DNA of 25,780 bases from Piromyces finnis finn (GCA_002104945.1 MCFH01000144.1:1-25780), one strand, 5' to 3'; positions 13,200-24,619 are shown, counted from the stretch's first letter. The notes: generated by a model from the letters alone, not told the origin. Numbers and translations: made by a program.

Positions 13200-16100
13200 C
13201 GTTTGAACTAGACACAAAATTCTTATAGACTCCGGTTCTACACTTAATCTAATAGATGCCGACTATTGCAACGATCACAATATTCCCTACCACTATGAAG
13301 AAGATTTACCCAACGTATCGGTATTGGTGGTAGCCAAAAACTGTTCGGAGTTACTCCACTTCTTAATCTTCGCTACATGGATCACCTATGCCGTACTGTC
13401 TTTTACGTTACTGATCTACCTGTATATCCTTGTATTCTAGGTCTACGTTGGCTTAAGGAACATAATCCAAGTATTGACTTTGAAAATAATAAATTATCCT
13501 TGGTTCTTCATATTGCTTGGATCATTGTATGACTCTCCCTTCGAATGTTCCCGATTCCATCAGGAAACTTCTGTTTTTTCTACTGATTGCAATAACTCTT
13601 CTTCCGTTTCTTTGCCTATTTTTATTGACAAACCTAAATCTTCTTTTTCAATTCTAAGTTATCTCATTCTCGTAATCCCAAAGAAAATCGTTCTAAATCT
13701 GTCTTAATTAACAATGAATCTGTTAACGATCCTTTATCACAAGAGACTTGTACTGTCATGGCTTCTAATATATCTCTTTCTAAAGTGATTCTTGTTCACC
13801 AAAAAACTCTTTAAAGACTCAAATCCTACTACTAAACTTCCGAAGGAATAGAATCATATATGGACGTCTTTAGCGAATCTTCTGCTGCTCAATTACCACC
13901 TCATCGTCCTTATGATTGCCAAATAAACCTAATCGAAAATGCCAAGCTATTTTATGGACCAATCTACCCACTAACAGACGAAGAAACAAGAGTTTTGAAG
14001 GATTATATCGATGAAAACCTCAAAAAGGGTTTCATTAGGAAATCCAAATCTCCTGCTGGTGCGCCTGTACTTTTCGTTCCTAAAAAGAAGGTGAACTCCG
14101 TCTTTGTCAAGATTATAGGGAACTCAACAAAATTACCATTAGAGATTCCTATCCTCTACCTCTGATTCAAGATATGCTAGAGCATCTTGGTAAAGCGAAA
14201 ATCTTCTCAAATTGGATTTACGATCAGCATATAATTGGTCCGAATCAAAAAGGGTGATGAATATAAAACAGCTTTCACCTGCAAATTCGGCCACTTTGAA
14301 TACCTGGTAATGCCATTCGGACTGAAAAACGCCCCCGGCTGTTTTTCAGCATTTTATCAATGATGTTCTGGAAAATATTCTAGGGATTTTTGTTTATTCA
14401 TATATTGACGATTTAATTATTTTTTCTGAAAACCATAAATCCCACATTAAGCACGTTATCGAAGTCCTGGATCGCTTAAGAATGCTGGGTCTTTATGCTA
14501 AGCTTGAAAAGTGTGAATTCTTTGTTTCCTCTATTGATTTCCTTGGTCATCGGATATCCTCTGAAGGTATACATATGGACCCCAATAAAGTTTCTGCTAT
14601 TATTAATTGGCCAGTTCCGTCCAGTGTCAAGGAAGTTCAATCTTTTATTGGCCTAGCCAACTACTATCGTCGGTTTATTCCTAATTTTGCCAAAGTTGCA
14701 CAACCCCCTTCACAGACTACTTCGTAAAAACGTTAAATTTGATTTTTCCTCTGAAGCTCTTGATGCATTTAATACCATTAAATCATTAATTTCATCTGCT
14801 CCCATCCTGTCTCACCCAAATCGTGATCTTCCCTTTATTGTTGAAACCGGACTCTAGCAACTTTGCTATAGGAGCAGTTCTGTCTCAAAAATCTCCTGAT
14901 GATAAAATGATCCATCCTGTCGCTTTCTATTCAAGATCTCTTACTTCCGCTGAAAGAAACTATCCTATATACGATAAAGAACTTTTAGCTATTGTTAATG
15001 CTCTTGAAACTTGGCGACATTTTCTCAAAGGTGCTTTAACCCGTTTACTATTTATTCAGATCATCGAAACTTACTATATCAAAAGAAACCGGAAAAAATG
15101 TCACAACGTCTTGTTCGTTGGGCCTTTTCCTTTCCGAATTTAACTTTAAAATTCTCTACCGCTCTGGTTCATCTAATGGTAAACCTGATGCGCTTTCACG
15201 AAGACCTGATTATATGGATTCCTCTCTTCCTTCTGATGCTCCTTTTTCGGTTTTACGCCCTGAGAATTTCTGCGCTTTGATTTGTTCCATTTCTTCTCTT
15301 AATGATGAAATATTATCTGAATATGTGAACGACTCTTTTACATTGACATTTGCAATTTTCTTGAAAATAAGAATCTCCCAGCTCCACATCCACAAAGTAA
15401 TAAATTCTCCCTTAGTATAGTTTTCTTCTTTTGATAGTAGAATCTATGTCCCTTTAAATGCCGTCCCTCCGTTTTGAAACTCTGTCATGATTCCCCTCTG
15501 CCGGTCATTTTGGTATCCGCAAAACTATTTCTTTGATCTCTCGTGACTTTTGGTGGCCATCCATTTCTATTGATGTTAAGAATTATATCCGATCTTGCGA
15601 GATTTGTTGCCGCTCCAAGCCTTCTCGTCATAAACCATATGGTTTACTTCAACCCCTTGAGATTAGTGACCATCCTTGGGCTTCTATTTCTATGGATTTA
15701 TTACTGACCTCCCTCCTTCGGATGGATTTAACACTATTCTTGTTGTAGTTGACCGCCTTACTAAAATGTGCCACCTCATTCCCTTTAAAGGTATTCCTTC
15801 TGCTTCTGATACTGCTTTTGCTTTTTGAATTATATTTCAAAATTCACGGTCTCCCCTCTGAAATTATTTCCGATAGAGGCGCGCAATTCACTTCGAAATT
15901 TGGAAATCTATTTGTCAATCTTTGGACGTCAATGTTAAATATTCTTCACCATATCATCATCAATCCAATGGCCAAACGGAGAGGGTAAACTCCGTTGTTG
16001 AACAATATTTAAGATGCTTTTCTAATATAAAGGAACAAACTGGATCAACTTTCTTCCATTGGCAGAATTCAGTTACAATAATGCTGTTCAAGACTCAACA

Positions 16101-16706
16101 AAATTCTCACCATTCTTCCTAAATTATGGTTATCACCCAAAATACTCTCCGGTAATTCCTGACCAAACGAATGTTCCAAGAGCTGAAGAGTTTACAAGAG
16201 ACTTTGAAGACCTAATGGAGAAACTAAAAGAAAACTTAAAGAAGGCCATCCAAGTTCAAAAGAAATATGCCGACAAGTATAGACAAGAACCTCCGACATT
16301 CAAGACTGGTGACAAAGTATGGTTGGATAGCTCCTTGATAATTCATAAAGGAAATAAAAATTTAATCCTAGGAAACTTGGCCCGTTTAGGATAATTAGTA
16401 AAATCTCTAATCTCACTTATAATTAGAATTACCAAAATCGCTGAAGATTTACCCAATTGTTCATGTTTCAAACTAGAACCGTATTATGAAGATAGTTTTG
16501 GAAGAATCAAAGATCCACCTCCACCTATAATAGTAAATGAAGAAGAAGAATACGAAGTAGAAGAAATACTTGATAAAAGAAAGCATTATGGGAAGATTCA
16601 ATATCTAATAAAATGGAAAGGTTATCCGCTTTCAGAAGCATCTTGGGAACCTGAAAGTAATTTAAACTGCGATGAACTAATTAAAAACTTTAATAATTCA
16701 CATTAG
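13200..16706 (+). CDS. pol: Element D Pol (protease, RT, RNase H, integrase, chromodomain), frameshifted in this assembly
   Basis: DSGS protease; [37 protein letters not shown] (RT); [26 protein letters not shown] (RNase H); HHCC, SDRGAQF, GQTERVN (integrase); [10 protein letters not shown]...[16 protein letters not shown] (chromodomain); TAG at 16704-16706. Confidence 0.95.
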
Positions 16707-16809
16707 TAATAGTTATTAATTTAAAAAAAAATTAGTAATTGATAAGAGAAAAAGAGAATAGAAAATAGAAAATAGAAAATGAAAAAATATATTTATAATT
16801 TAATATTCA

Positions 16810-16856
<47 letters not shown>

Positions 16857-16950
16857 AAATGTATTCACTCGTTTCAATTATTTCTTTTATAATAAAGTAA
16901 CAAATAAATTTAGTTGATTCGTCTGGTATCCGAATCCTGGAGGAGGACCA

Positions 16951-17346
16951 TGTAACGAATCATAGAAATTAGTAACCTGTCTTAGTGGTTAGTAACTAAG
17001 ACCTTGGTTGAACTACTCGAGTTCGAAACCTCATTAATATCTTTTTTTAATTATTAAAATATTTATAACGAATTTTACCAAAGAAGATAATTTCTGATTG
17101 GCTTAAAAAATTAAGTTGTAAAATTTTTATAAATTTACTTTTAAAACATTTATATAAATACGAGTGAAATTCTCAAAAAATTATTGGGAATTCGAGTTTT
17201 TATTAACAAGAAATTTTATAATAAAAATAAAATATTAAACACTAACCTGTTATAATTTGTTAAGTGTTCAATAATAAAATTTTTATTGCTTTATTATTTT
17301 CCTTTTATATATTTGTGTTTTATTTATTGAACATTAGTTCTTTACA
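16951..17346 (+). repeat. 3' LTR of element D, with the same A box (16978-16988), B box (17020-17030) and T7 run (17042-17048)
   Basis: Direct repeat of 11302-11693; follows the PPT at ~16939-16950. Confidence 0.95.
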
Positions 17347-17685
17347 ACACACTCTAATGTATCAAATATATATGTATTTTTTTAATAATGTTTATTTATT
17401 AAATTTATTATTATAATACGACTAACTCGCTAGGTCAGTGTATTATCAAACTAAAGACGAAATAAAAAACTAATTTTTATTAATTAATAAAAACACTAAA
17501 GAACTATTTTATCTTTCTTATTCTCTCTTTATACATGAAAATATTTTTTTTTTTTTTTTTAATACAATTTGATAAGTGAATTAATTACTTAATGATTGGT
17601 TATAAAATATAATTATGAAATTTTCATTAATCTAACCTTAATGATTTTCTAGTCTAACCCTTATCATTAGATATACCTCATTACA

Positions 17686-20600
17686 CCCAGGATGCTTCAG
17701 ATATCGGGTATCCTTTCCATTTAATTAGGTATTGGACTTTACCATAATATCTTCTTTGTCCAATATCTCTCAACTTCAATTCTTCATTATTATCCACAAT
17801 AACTGGTGGAGGTGGCGGTTGCTTTCTTTTGAACTTATCTTCATGTAGGGTTCCAATTCTGAAACGTGGATGACTGGATGAATACGAATTTCTTTGGTAA
17901 CTCCAATTTGAAAGAAACTGGAGAAATTTTTTCAATTACTCTGTACGGACCAAGTTTTCTAGGTTTTAGCTTCTTATTGCCATTCCGCAATATTAGAGAA
18001 CTGTTGATCCAGACCTTATCATTTACCTTGAGTTCAGGAGCTTTACATCTATGTTTGTTTGCAAATTTTTCTTGTTGATTAATAGATTTCTTAAGTTATC
18101 TTAAGAGTTTTAATTATTCTTTGAATTTCTTGTAAATTCATCCGCAATTGGTACTCGGTACGACTTGGTAAGATTGGAGAATGTTTCGGATTATAGCCAT
18201 AGTTAGCAAAAAATGGTGAAGTTTTAGTAGATTCTTGAACGGCATTGTTGTAACTGAATTCGGCAAGATGTAAGAATTTGTACCAATTGGAACCTTTATA
18301 ATTTGAGTAACACCTTAAGTATTGTTCTACACGGAGTTTACCCTCTCCGTCAGCCCGTTGTTTGGTGGTGGTAGGATAAGAAATTTTAGGTTTATATCGA
18401 AAGATTTACAAATAGAATTCCAGAATTTAGAGTGAATTGAGTACCTCTATCCGAAAAATTTCATTTGGTAATCCGTGGAGACGAAAAACGTTGATCATGA
18501 AAGCATCAGCAGTATCGGAGGCAGAAGAATGTTCTCAAAAGGAATAAAATGACATAATTTAGTTAATCTATCAGTGACAACGAGAATGCAAGTATACTTT
18601 GAGAAGTGGAAGATCTGTAATAAAGTCCATAGATACGGAAGACCAAGGACGTTCAGCAATTTCCAAAGGAGAAGAAATCCATAAGGTTTGGTCGAGAGTC
18701 CTTTGAACGGCAGCATATTCACAGACTTTACATATTCTTTAACATCAACAGAGAGAAAAGGCCACCAAAAGTCACGACAATGAGAGAAGTAGTTTTCTTC
18801 AGTCCGAGTGTCCAGCGGAGGGTGAGTCGTGACAAATCTTAAGAACTTCAAACGACAATCATGAGGACATAGATCCTATCATTGAATAATAATACACCAT
18901 CTTGGAATTTAAAGTTTTCGATTTGTGAATGAGTATTGGTGGAATTTGAGTTTCTAAGTACTTGCATACTTAAAGTAGAATTTATCATCTTTGCTATTTG
19001 AAATGATTTTGTCATAAAGGGTTGTTATCTAGAACCAGGGCACAAAAGTTTTCAGGTCTAAGAACGGAATTTGAGTATCATAGAATCCTAAAATTTTCTA
19101 AGTAATCTGGTCTTCTGGATAAAGCGTCAGGTTACCATTAGCAGAACCGACCGATAGACATAATGAAGTTAACTCGGTAAGAAACAGGACCAACGAACTA
19201 TCTTTGGGTCATTTTTTCGGGTTTCTTCTGGTAGAGCAAATTCCTGTGATCCGAGAAAATTTTGAAAGGCTGAGCAGTCCCTTGAGTAAATGACGCCAAT
19301 TTTCTAAAGCAGCTACAATTGCTAAAAGTTCTTTATCGTAGATCGGATAGTTCCTTCCAGAAGAACTAGCGATCTAAAGAAGAATCTACAGGGTGAACAG
19401 AATTGTCTTTTGGATTCGTTTGGGAAAGGATGGCACCTATAGCAAAATTACTTGCATCCGTTTCAACCATGAAGGTATATCGCGATTCGGGTACGCAAGG
19501 ACAGGAGAAGAAACAAACTTAGTTTTGATTATATTGAATGAATCTCACACTCAGAGAGAAGCAGAATTTAACATCCTTTTAAGTAATGCATTAAGTGGTT
19601 TGTGCAAGATCAGCAAACCTGCAATGAATCTTCTATAATAATTAGCTAACCCAAGAAATGCTTGAACTTCTTAACGTTTCTAGGAGTTGGCCATTCCAGG
19701 ATAGATGCAATCTTTTTAGGATCCATTAAAATACCATCAGACGATATACGATGACCTAAAAAATCGATAAATGGGACAAAAAACTCACATTTTTCAAGTT
19801 TTGCATAAAGTCCCGCTTTCTAAGTCTGTTAAGTACTTCTTACTTGCATAACATTGTTTCAAATTTTCCGAAAAAAATAAGTCATCAATATAACTGAAGA
19901 CAAATACTCCCAAATTCCATCAAGCACATCATTAATGAAATGTTGGAATACTGCAGGCGCGTTCTTCAAACCAAACGCATTACAGTAATATTCAAAGTGT
20001 CCATATTTGCAAGTAAAAGCAGTTTGAATTCATCACCTTCTTTTATCCTCACAAGATTGTAAGCTGATCTTAAATCAATTTGGAGAAGATGTTGCTTTTA
20101 CCTAAGTGCTCCACATATCGTTAATTAGTGGTAAAGGATAGGAATCACGGACTGTGATTTCATTCAATTTCCTATAATCTTGACAGAGACGTAGTTCACC
20201 ATTTTTTTGGAACAAAGAGCACTGGGGCACCTGCCGGTGATTTGAAGTCTAATGAAACTTTTCGCAAATTTTCATCAATATATTCCTCATACCATTGATT
20301 CTTTATCCGTTAAGGGATAAATTGGTCCATAAAAAAGTTTAGAGTCCGGCTAAGAGGATTTCACAGTCGTATTGCCTATGAGGCGGCAATTGTTCAGCGG
20401 CTTTTCATTAAATACATCTTTCAAAGCTTGAAGTTCAGCAGAAGAATAACTTCTTTATTGTTTGTAGGCTTGATGGTGGAATCGTGATTTTTGGAGAACT
20501 TTTTGTTAAATCATGGATATAAGAATTGTTGAAGTGCTACAAGAAGGTTTGGAATCATTAGAAATAGAAGAAATAACATAAGTAGGGCACGTTAGGAATA

Positions 20601-20960
20601 ATAGAGCAATGTGACAGACAGAAATTTGAATTAAAAGATATTCTTTTTCAACGAAGTTAATATTAGGGTTGTGTTGATGTAGCATTCACACTAAGATGCC
20701 GCAATATCCCGAAGGTCTACGATATAGATATAGCTTTACATTGGTGGTTTTTGTATTTGATCGAAATTGGGATAGATTTACCTAAGATTGTTGTTCCCAC
20801 CCAATGCCAGAGATTTTGTTGAAAGAGACGGATTTATCAAAAGGAATATTATTTTCTTCGGCAAAGACCACATCTAGTAGGTTAAGTTGGGATCCTGAAT
20901 CAATTAGTAATTTGTATTCACGGAGACGTCGAAGTATTGAGTTGGAAATCAAAGACTGGC
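17686..20960 (-). CDS. pol: Element C Pol (protease, RT, RNase H, integrase, chromodomain N-terminal part), frameshifted and interrupted by insertion
   Basis: [66 protein letters not shown] and [16 protein letters not shown] on the minus strand. Confidence 0.93.
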
Positions 20961-21039
20961 TGTTTCAGATTGGGTTTCGGAGAATCTTATTCTAGGCTTC
21001 TTTTCAGGCATAGTGTTAAAATATGAATCCCAGCTGATT

Positions 21040-21762
21040 TTCATTTTTATTTCTTTTGGGCAGTTATTTAACTTATGATCAGGAGAACCACAATACAGGC
21101 AGAGATTTCCTTAATTCTTCTAGCTTTTTTCTGAGGAAAGCGGTCCATAAGTTCTTATTTCTGAGTGCAAGGTTTTCTATTGCTTCAGTTCTTCGTTTGA
21201 GTAGTGTTAATAGAATGATTGTTGTTGAAAAATCTTCTATTGGTATCGATTCTAGAATCGATTCTTGATGCAATAACTTGTAAATTTAGCAACGTTTGTG
21301 GACCGGGAAACATTTCTAAAATCCTATTGGCGACTTGATCTTGTAGTCCAGCTAAGAAGGCATCCATTTTCGCACTTTCGTTCCAAGAAGAGTCATCGGA
21401 GTATCGGTTAAATTCAAGAATATATTTTGAATCTCACCGATTTTCCTTTGCTTTATAGTTCGAAGTTTTTGATTAGCCACAAACGTTGAGTCGTTGTCAC
21501 CAAACACAGATTTAAGCTTGGCAACGAATGAGTCATAATTTAGTAGGCATTCGTCATGGTTGTGAATTAATGATGCAGCCCAATTTAAGGCTTCACCATA
21601 TAGTCTCGAAATGATATAAACGATTTTTGCTTCGTCATCCGCGTAACGCTCTGGGTAGACCATAAAGATTAATTCTATTTTAGCGAGAAAACCCTTAAAG
21701 AAACGACGATTTCCAGCGAAACCATCCTTCAATGTAGCATTATTCATCAATTCTTCATCCAT
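21040..21762 (-). CDS. gag: Element C Gag with CCHC zinc knuckle, frameshifted in this assembly
   Basis: ORF 21352-21762 (FKGFLAKIELIFMVYPERYADDEAKIVYIISRLYGEALNWAASL), continuing MDAFLAGLQDQVANRILEMFPGP and ending with CLYCGSPDHKLNNC at ~21100-21057. Confidence 0.92.
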
Positions 21763-21823
21763 TTTCTTTATTTTATTTTATTGATAATATCTAATTTTAA
21801 TTTAATTTAATGAGTATAATGTA

Positions 21824-21960
21824 TCCAAAAGAATCCAAAAACAAAATCCAAAAGAGTCCAAAAGAGTCCAAAAGAGTCCAAAAGAGTCCAAGAGAGTTCA
21901 AGAGAGTCTAAAAGAGTCCAAGAGAGTTCAAGAGAGTCCTAAAGAGTTCAAGAGAGTTCA
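21824..21960. repeat. 10-bp minisatellite (TCCAAAAGAG / TTCAAGAGAG), ~13 copies, in the 5' leader of element C
   Basis: Directly visible periodic array. Confidence 0.95.
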
Positions 21961-22024
21961 GTAAGTTTAAAAAAAAAAATATATATAACAAATTAATCAA
22001 GGTAAAGGGAATATGTTACAACCG

Positions 22025-22034
22025 GTGTTTTTAT
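22025..22034 (-). promoter_or_regulatory. Self-priming-type PBS of element C (ATAAAAACAC)
   Basis: Abuts the 5' LTR end and is complementary to GTGTTTTTAT, 29 nt downstream of the TATA box in the same LTR (22208-22199). Confidence 0.7.
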
Positions 22035-22548
22035 TGTAACGTGTATCTATATAAAAATTTACTAATATATGAATTCATAAAATTTATATAGAAAAATATT
22101 ATTTATTTCCCTATAGGTTGATATAATTTGTTTAATTTTATTAGAAAATTGTTTTATTAATAATTATTTTTATTTTTAAAAATTAAAGTTACAAGTTAAT
22201 AAAAACACACCATTTAATTTTTTGATTCAAACCACTTCTATTTATACTTTTTCTAAATCTGAAGTGGCTAAATAAAAATTCAATTTTCTTTCGAAATTAT
22301 TCTTTAAATTAATTAAAAATTACATAAAATGAATCCCGTGATAAAAATACAATAAATATTTAATTTTTCGAATATTCGAACTTATTCTTTTTTCGAATAA
22401 GTTCTATAAGTTTCTATAAGTCATAAATTAAATTGTTAAATAAATAATTTAAAATAAAATTTAGATCAGGGTGTGAGTCGAACCCGAGTGATCTATATTG
22501 ATGTCTTAAATACTAACCATTAAGACAATATTAAATTTCTAATAGATT
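22035..22548 (-). repeat. 5' LTR of element C; its outermost ~7 bp are displaced by insertion of F; A box 22527-22517, B box 22484-22474
   Basis: Direct repeat of 10439-10939; where the other copy continues cgttaca, this one continues TGTTAAGG. Confidence 0.93.
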
Positions 22549-23254
22549 TGTTAAGGAACCAACAAATAATGTTATTCTTGTCATAATTAATGATTATGAC
22601 CTAATCCATTATTGTTCCTAAATATATGAAAACTTTACAATATTCTTATTTGTAAATTAATGTATACACTTAAATTATATTTAAAATTATTAATAATTAT
22701 TTTTATTGAACTTAAATTTTATTTTATTAAACTTAAAAATTAATTTAGTAATAATAATATATTGAAAATTATAGTTTATTGAACTTTTAGTTTAATTTAT
22801 CAAGTTAATGAATTTTTATTAATTAAAATTATGAATAATATTTCTGTAAAATAGTAAAATTCTTTAGTTAAATATATTTAAAGTAAACTTTTAATGTATG
22901 TTAATCAATTTAATAATATGTATAAATATTTATTATAATAGTAATGTAATTTTATTATTCATTTAAAAGTAATTTAAATACTAAAATTAATGTAAATAAT
23001 TAAAGACTAATTCTTTTAATTAACACTACTTAATTTTTTACAAAAAGTATAAAAAGGTGTATATTATAAGAATTAGAGAATATACAGATATTTTTATTTT
23101 TTTTTTTTATTTTATTTTATAAATTTATATTAATATCTTAATAAAACAATTTTATTAATAAAACAATTTTTCTTATTTCATTTTAATATTTTTTTGAGTA
23201 TTAATAAATTTATTAATATTTTATAAATAAAAGTAAATTCCTCGAACCGTAACA
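22549..23254 (+). repeat. 5' LTR of element F (~706 bp)
   Basis: Termini TGTTAAGG...CCGTAACA (7/8 inverted match), followed by a tRNA-type PBS and, further on, a gag ORF. The second LTR is outside the window. Confidence 0.75.
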
Positions 23255-23261
23255 TAAAAAT

Positions 23262-23279
23262 TGGTGGAGATATCGGGGA
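23262..23279 (+). promoter_or_regulatory. tRNA primer-binding site, probably tRNA-Ala
   Basis: TGGTGGAGATATCGGGGA; the reverse complement TCCCCGATATCTCCACCA looks like a tRNA 3' end with CCA, A73 and U70 (Ala identity G3:U70). Confidence 0.75.
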
Positions 23280-24619
23280 ATAATATTAATAAAATTATTA
23301 ATACATAGGATAAAGTAATATTAAAATATTACTAAAATATTATATAAATTTCTTAAAATTTATTACCCTTCAAAGTTATAGGTAATATTTATATTACTGT
23401 TGAAGCTTTAAGGTATAATATTTAGTAGAACTGAATTAGTACGCTTTAGAAGCAGTACTTATTTAGGAATTAGTGGTTAAGTTTTTAGGTCTAGTTTATC
23501 TTTCACAGTAGGATACTGGAAAGCGCTGAACCTTTCTATTTTGCTAGAGAAATAGAAGTGCCTCGCATAATTGCTACATGACACTGGTAATACGGTAAGC
23601 TGGGCAATTGTGAACTACTTAAGCACCCTAAATAAGTATTGGAAAATTGCTGTGAAATGCTGTTCTACTATACTTATTATTGTAATTCAAATTTTTAATA
23701 AATTAAATATTATTTTAGTATTTATAATTTTTTAAAAAAAAAAAAATATTTTTTTTTAATTGAACGATTTTTAAAAATTATTCTTTTTAAAATATAAATA
23801 AATAATTCGAAAGTGACCCTTAGCGTGGCAAGTTAAACTGCTTACGTAATACTTTGGTGTTCAATTATATCTGATAATTGGGGAAGATAATCAATTATTT
23901 TCTTTCCGCTAATTAAGTTAGTGATAATAAAGAAATTAATTACGTTACTTCCTTTTATTAAATTATATTTAATATTAACCATCGGGTATATTTGTGGCTT
24001 ATCATCAAAGAGCTACGAGGGATTTTCACTTAGAATTACACAACCTATAATACTTGATGGTTTAACATTATATAGGTTGGCTTATATTTTTATAAAAAGA
24101 AATAAGTTTTTAAAAAATAATTAATTAAAAAAAAAAAAAAAAAAAAATATAGATATATATATCTATTCTTTTTGTTGATTCTCTTCGAGTAATTTAATAT
24201 TGCTAATTGAAATATTCTTTTCTTACTGTTTTAAGTTAAACAAGTTATATCAGCATAGACAAGCCTTATTAACTAATCAACAGAGGTATACTAGGGGTGG
24301 TAGAAAGATCCTGAAGCACGTGACGGAACTTAGATCGTGTGAATAAGGTGACGGCAAACATTTACCATTGGACGAAAGACTCTTAGTTAATTCTATATAT
24401 ATAATTTGGTCGGTAACTTGAATCAGTAATAACAATATTAAATTAAAATTCTTGCTAGTAAATTGAAAACAAATAATAATTAACTATAAGAAAAACAGAA
24501 AACAAAAGTAATAATTTCATCTTTTCTGACTGAACTAAGATAGTAAGGAGTGATACTAAAAATTTAAATAAATAATTGGTAGTACGTGCTGTGCTAGATT
24601 ATTTGTATCTCATTCTGTC

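Larger units (their letters stand above)
11302..17346 (+). mobile_element. Full-length Ty3/gypsy chromovirus D (~6.0 kb)
   Basis: LTRs 11302-11693 and 16951-17346 (TGTAAC...TTTACA), TSD ACACA (11297-11301 and 17347-17351), gag-PR-RT-RH-IN-chromo domain order, and PPT GGAGGAGGACCA before the 3' LTR. Confidence 0.96.
11273..17685 (-). mobile_element. Solo LTR E (~360 bp: 11273-11301 plus 17347-17685), interrupted by element D
   Basis: Termini TGTAACG...ATTACA, TSD CCCAG (11268-11272 and 17686-17690). Orientation inferred from minus-strand TATAAAGA + 29 nt + GTGTTTTTAT (17496-17487), as in LTR C. Confidence 0.85.
10439..22548 (-). mobile_element. Ty3/gypsy chromovirus C (LTR-gag-PR-RT-RH-IN-chromo-PPT-LTR), split by the E/D insertion at 11273-17685
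   Basis: Two near-identical ~510-bp LTRs (10439-10946 and 22035-22548), minus-strand gag/pol, PPT at 10947-10960, and a chromodomain split at SW|EPEN with TSD CCCAG. Confidence 0.93.

Noticed and set aside
13090-13200. Programmed gag-pol frameshift or readthrough site
   Set aside because: Assembly indels make the true frame relationship unreadable.
14098-14125. RT motif CQDYR instead of CVDYR in C and D
   Set aside because: Q at this position is a known variant in fungal gypsy RTs; a family signature only.
23423-23670. RNase P/MRP RNA, because of similar P1-P2-pseudoknot topology
   Set aside because: The crossing helix lacks the conserved P4 sequences; the similarity is topological only.
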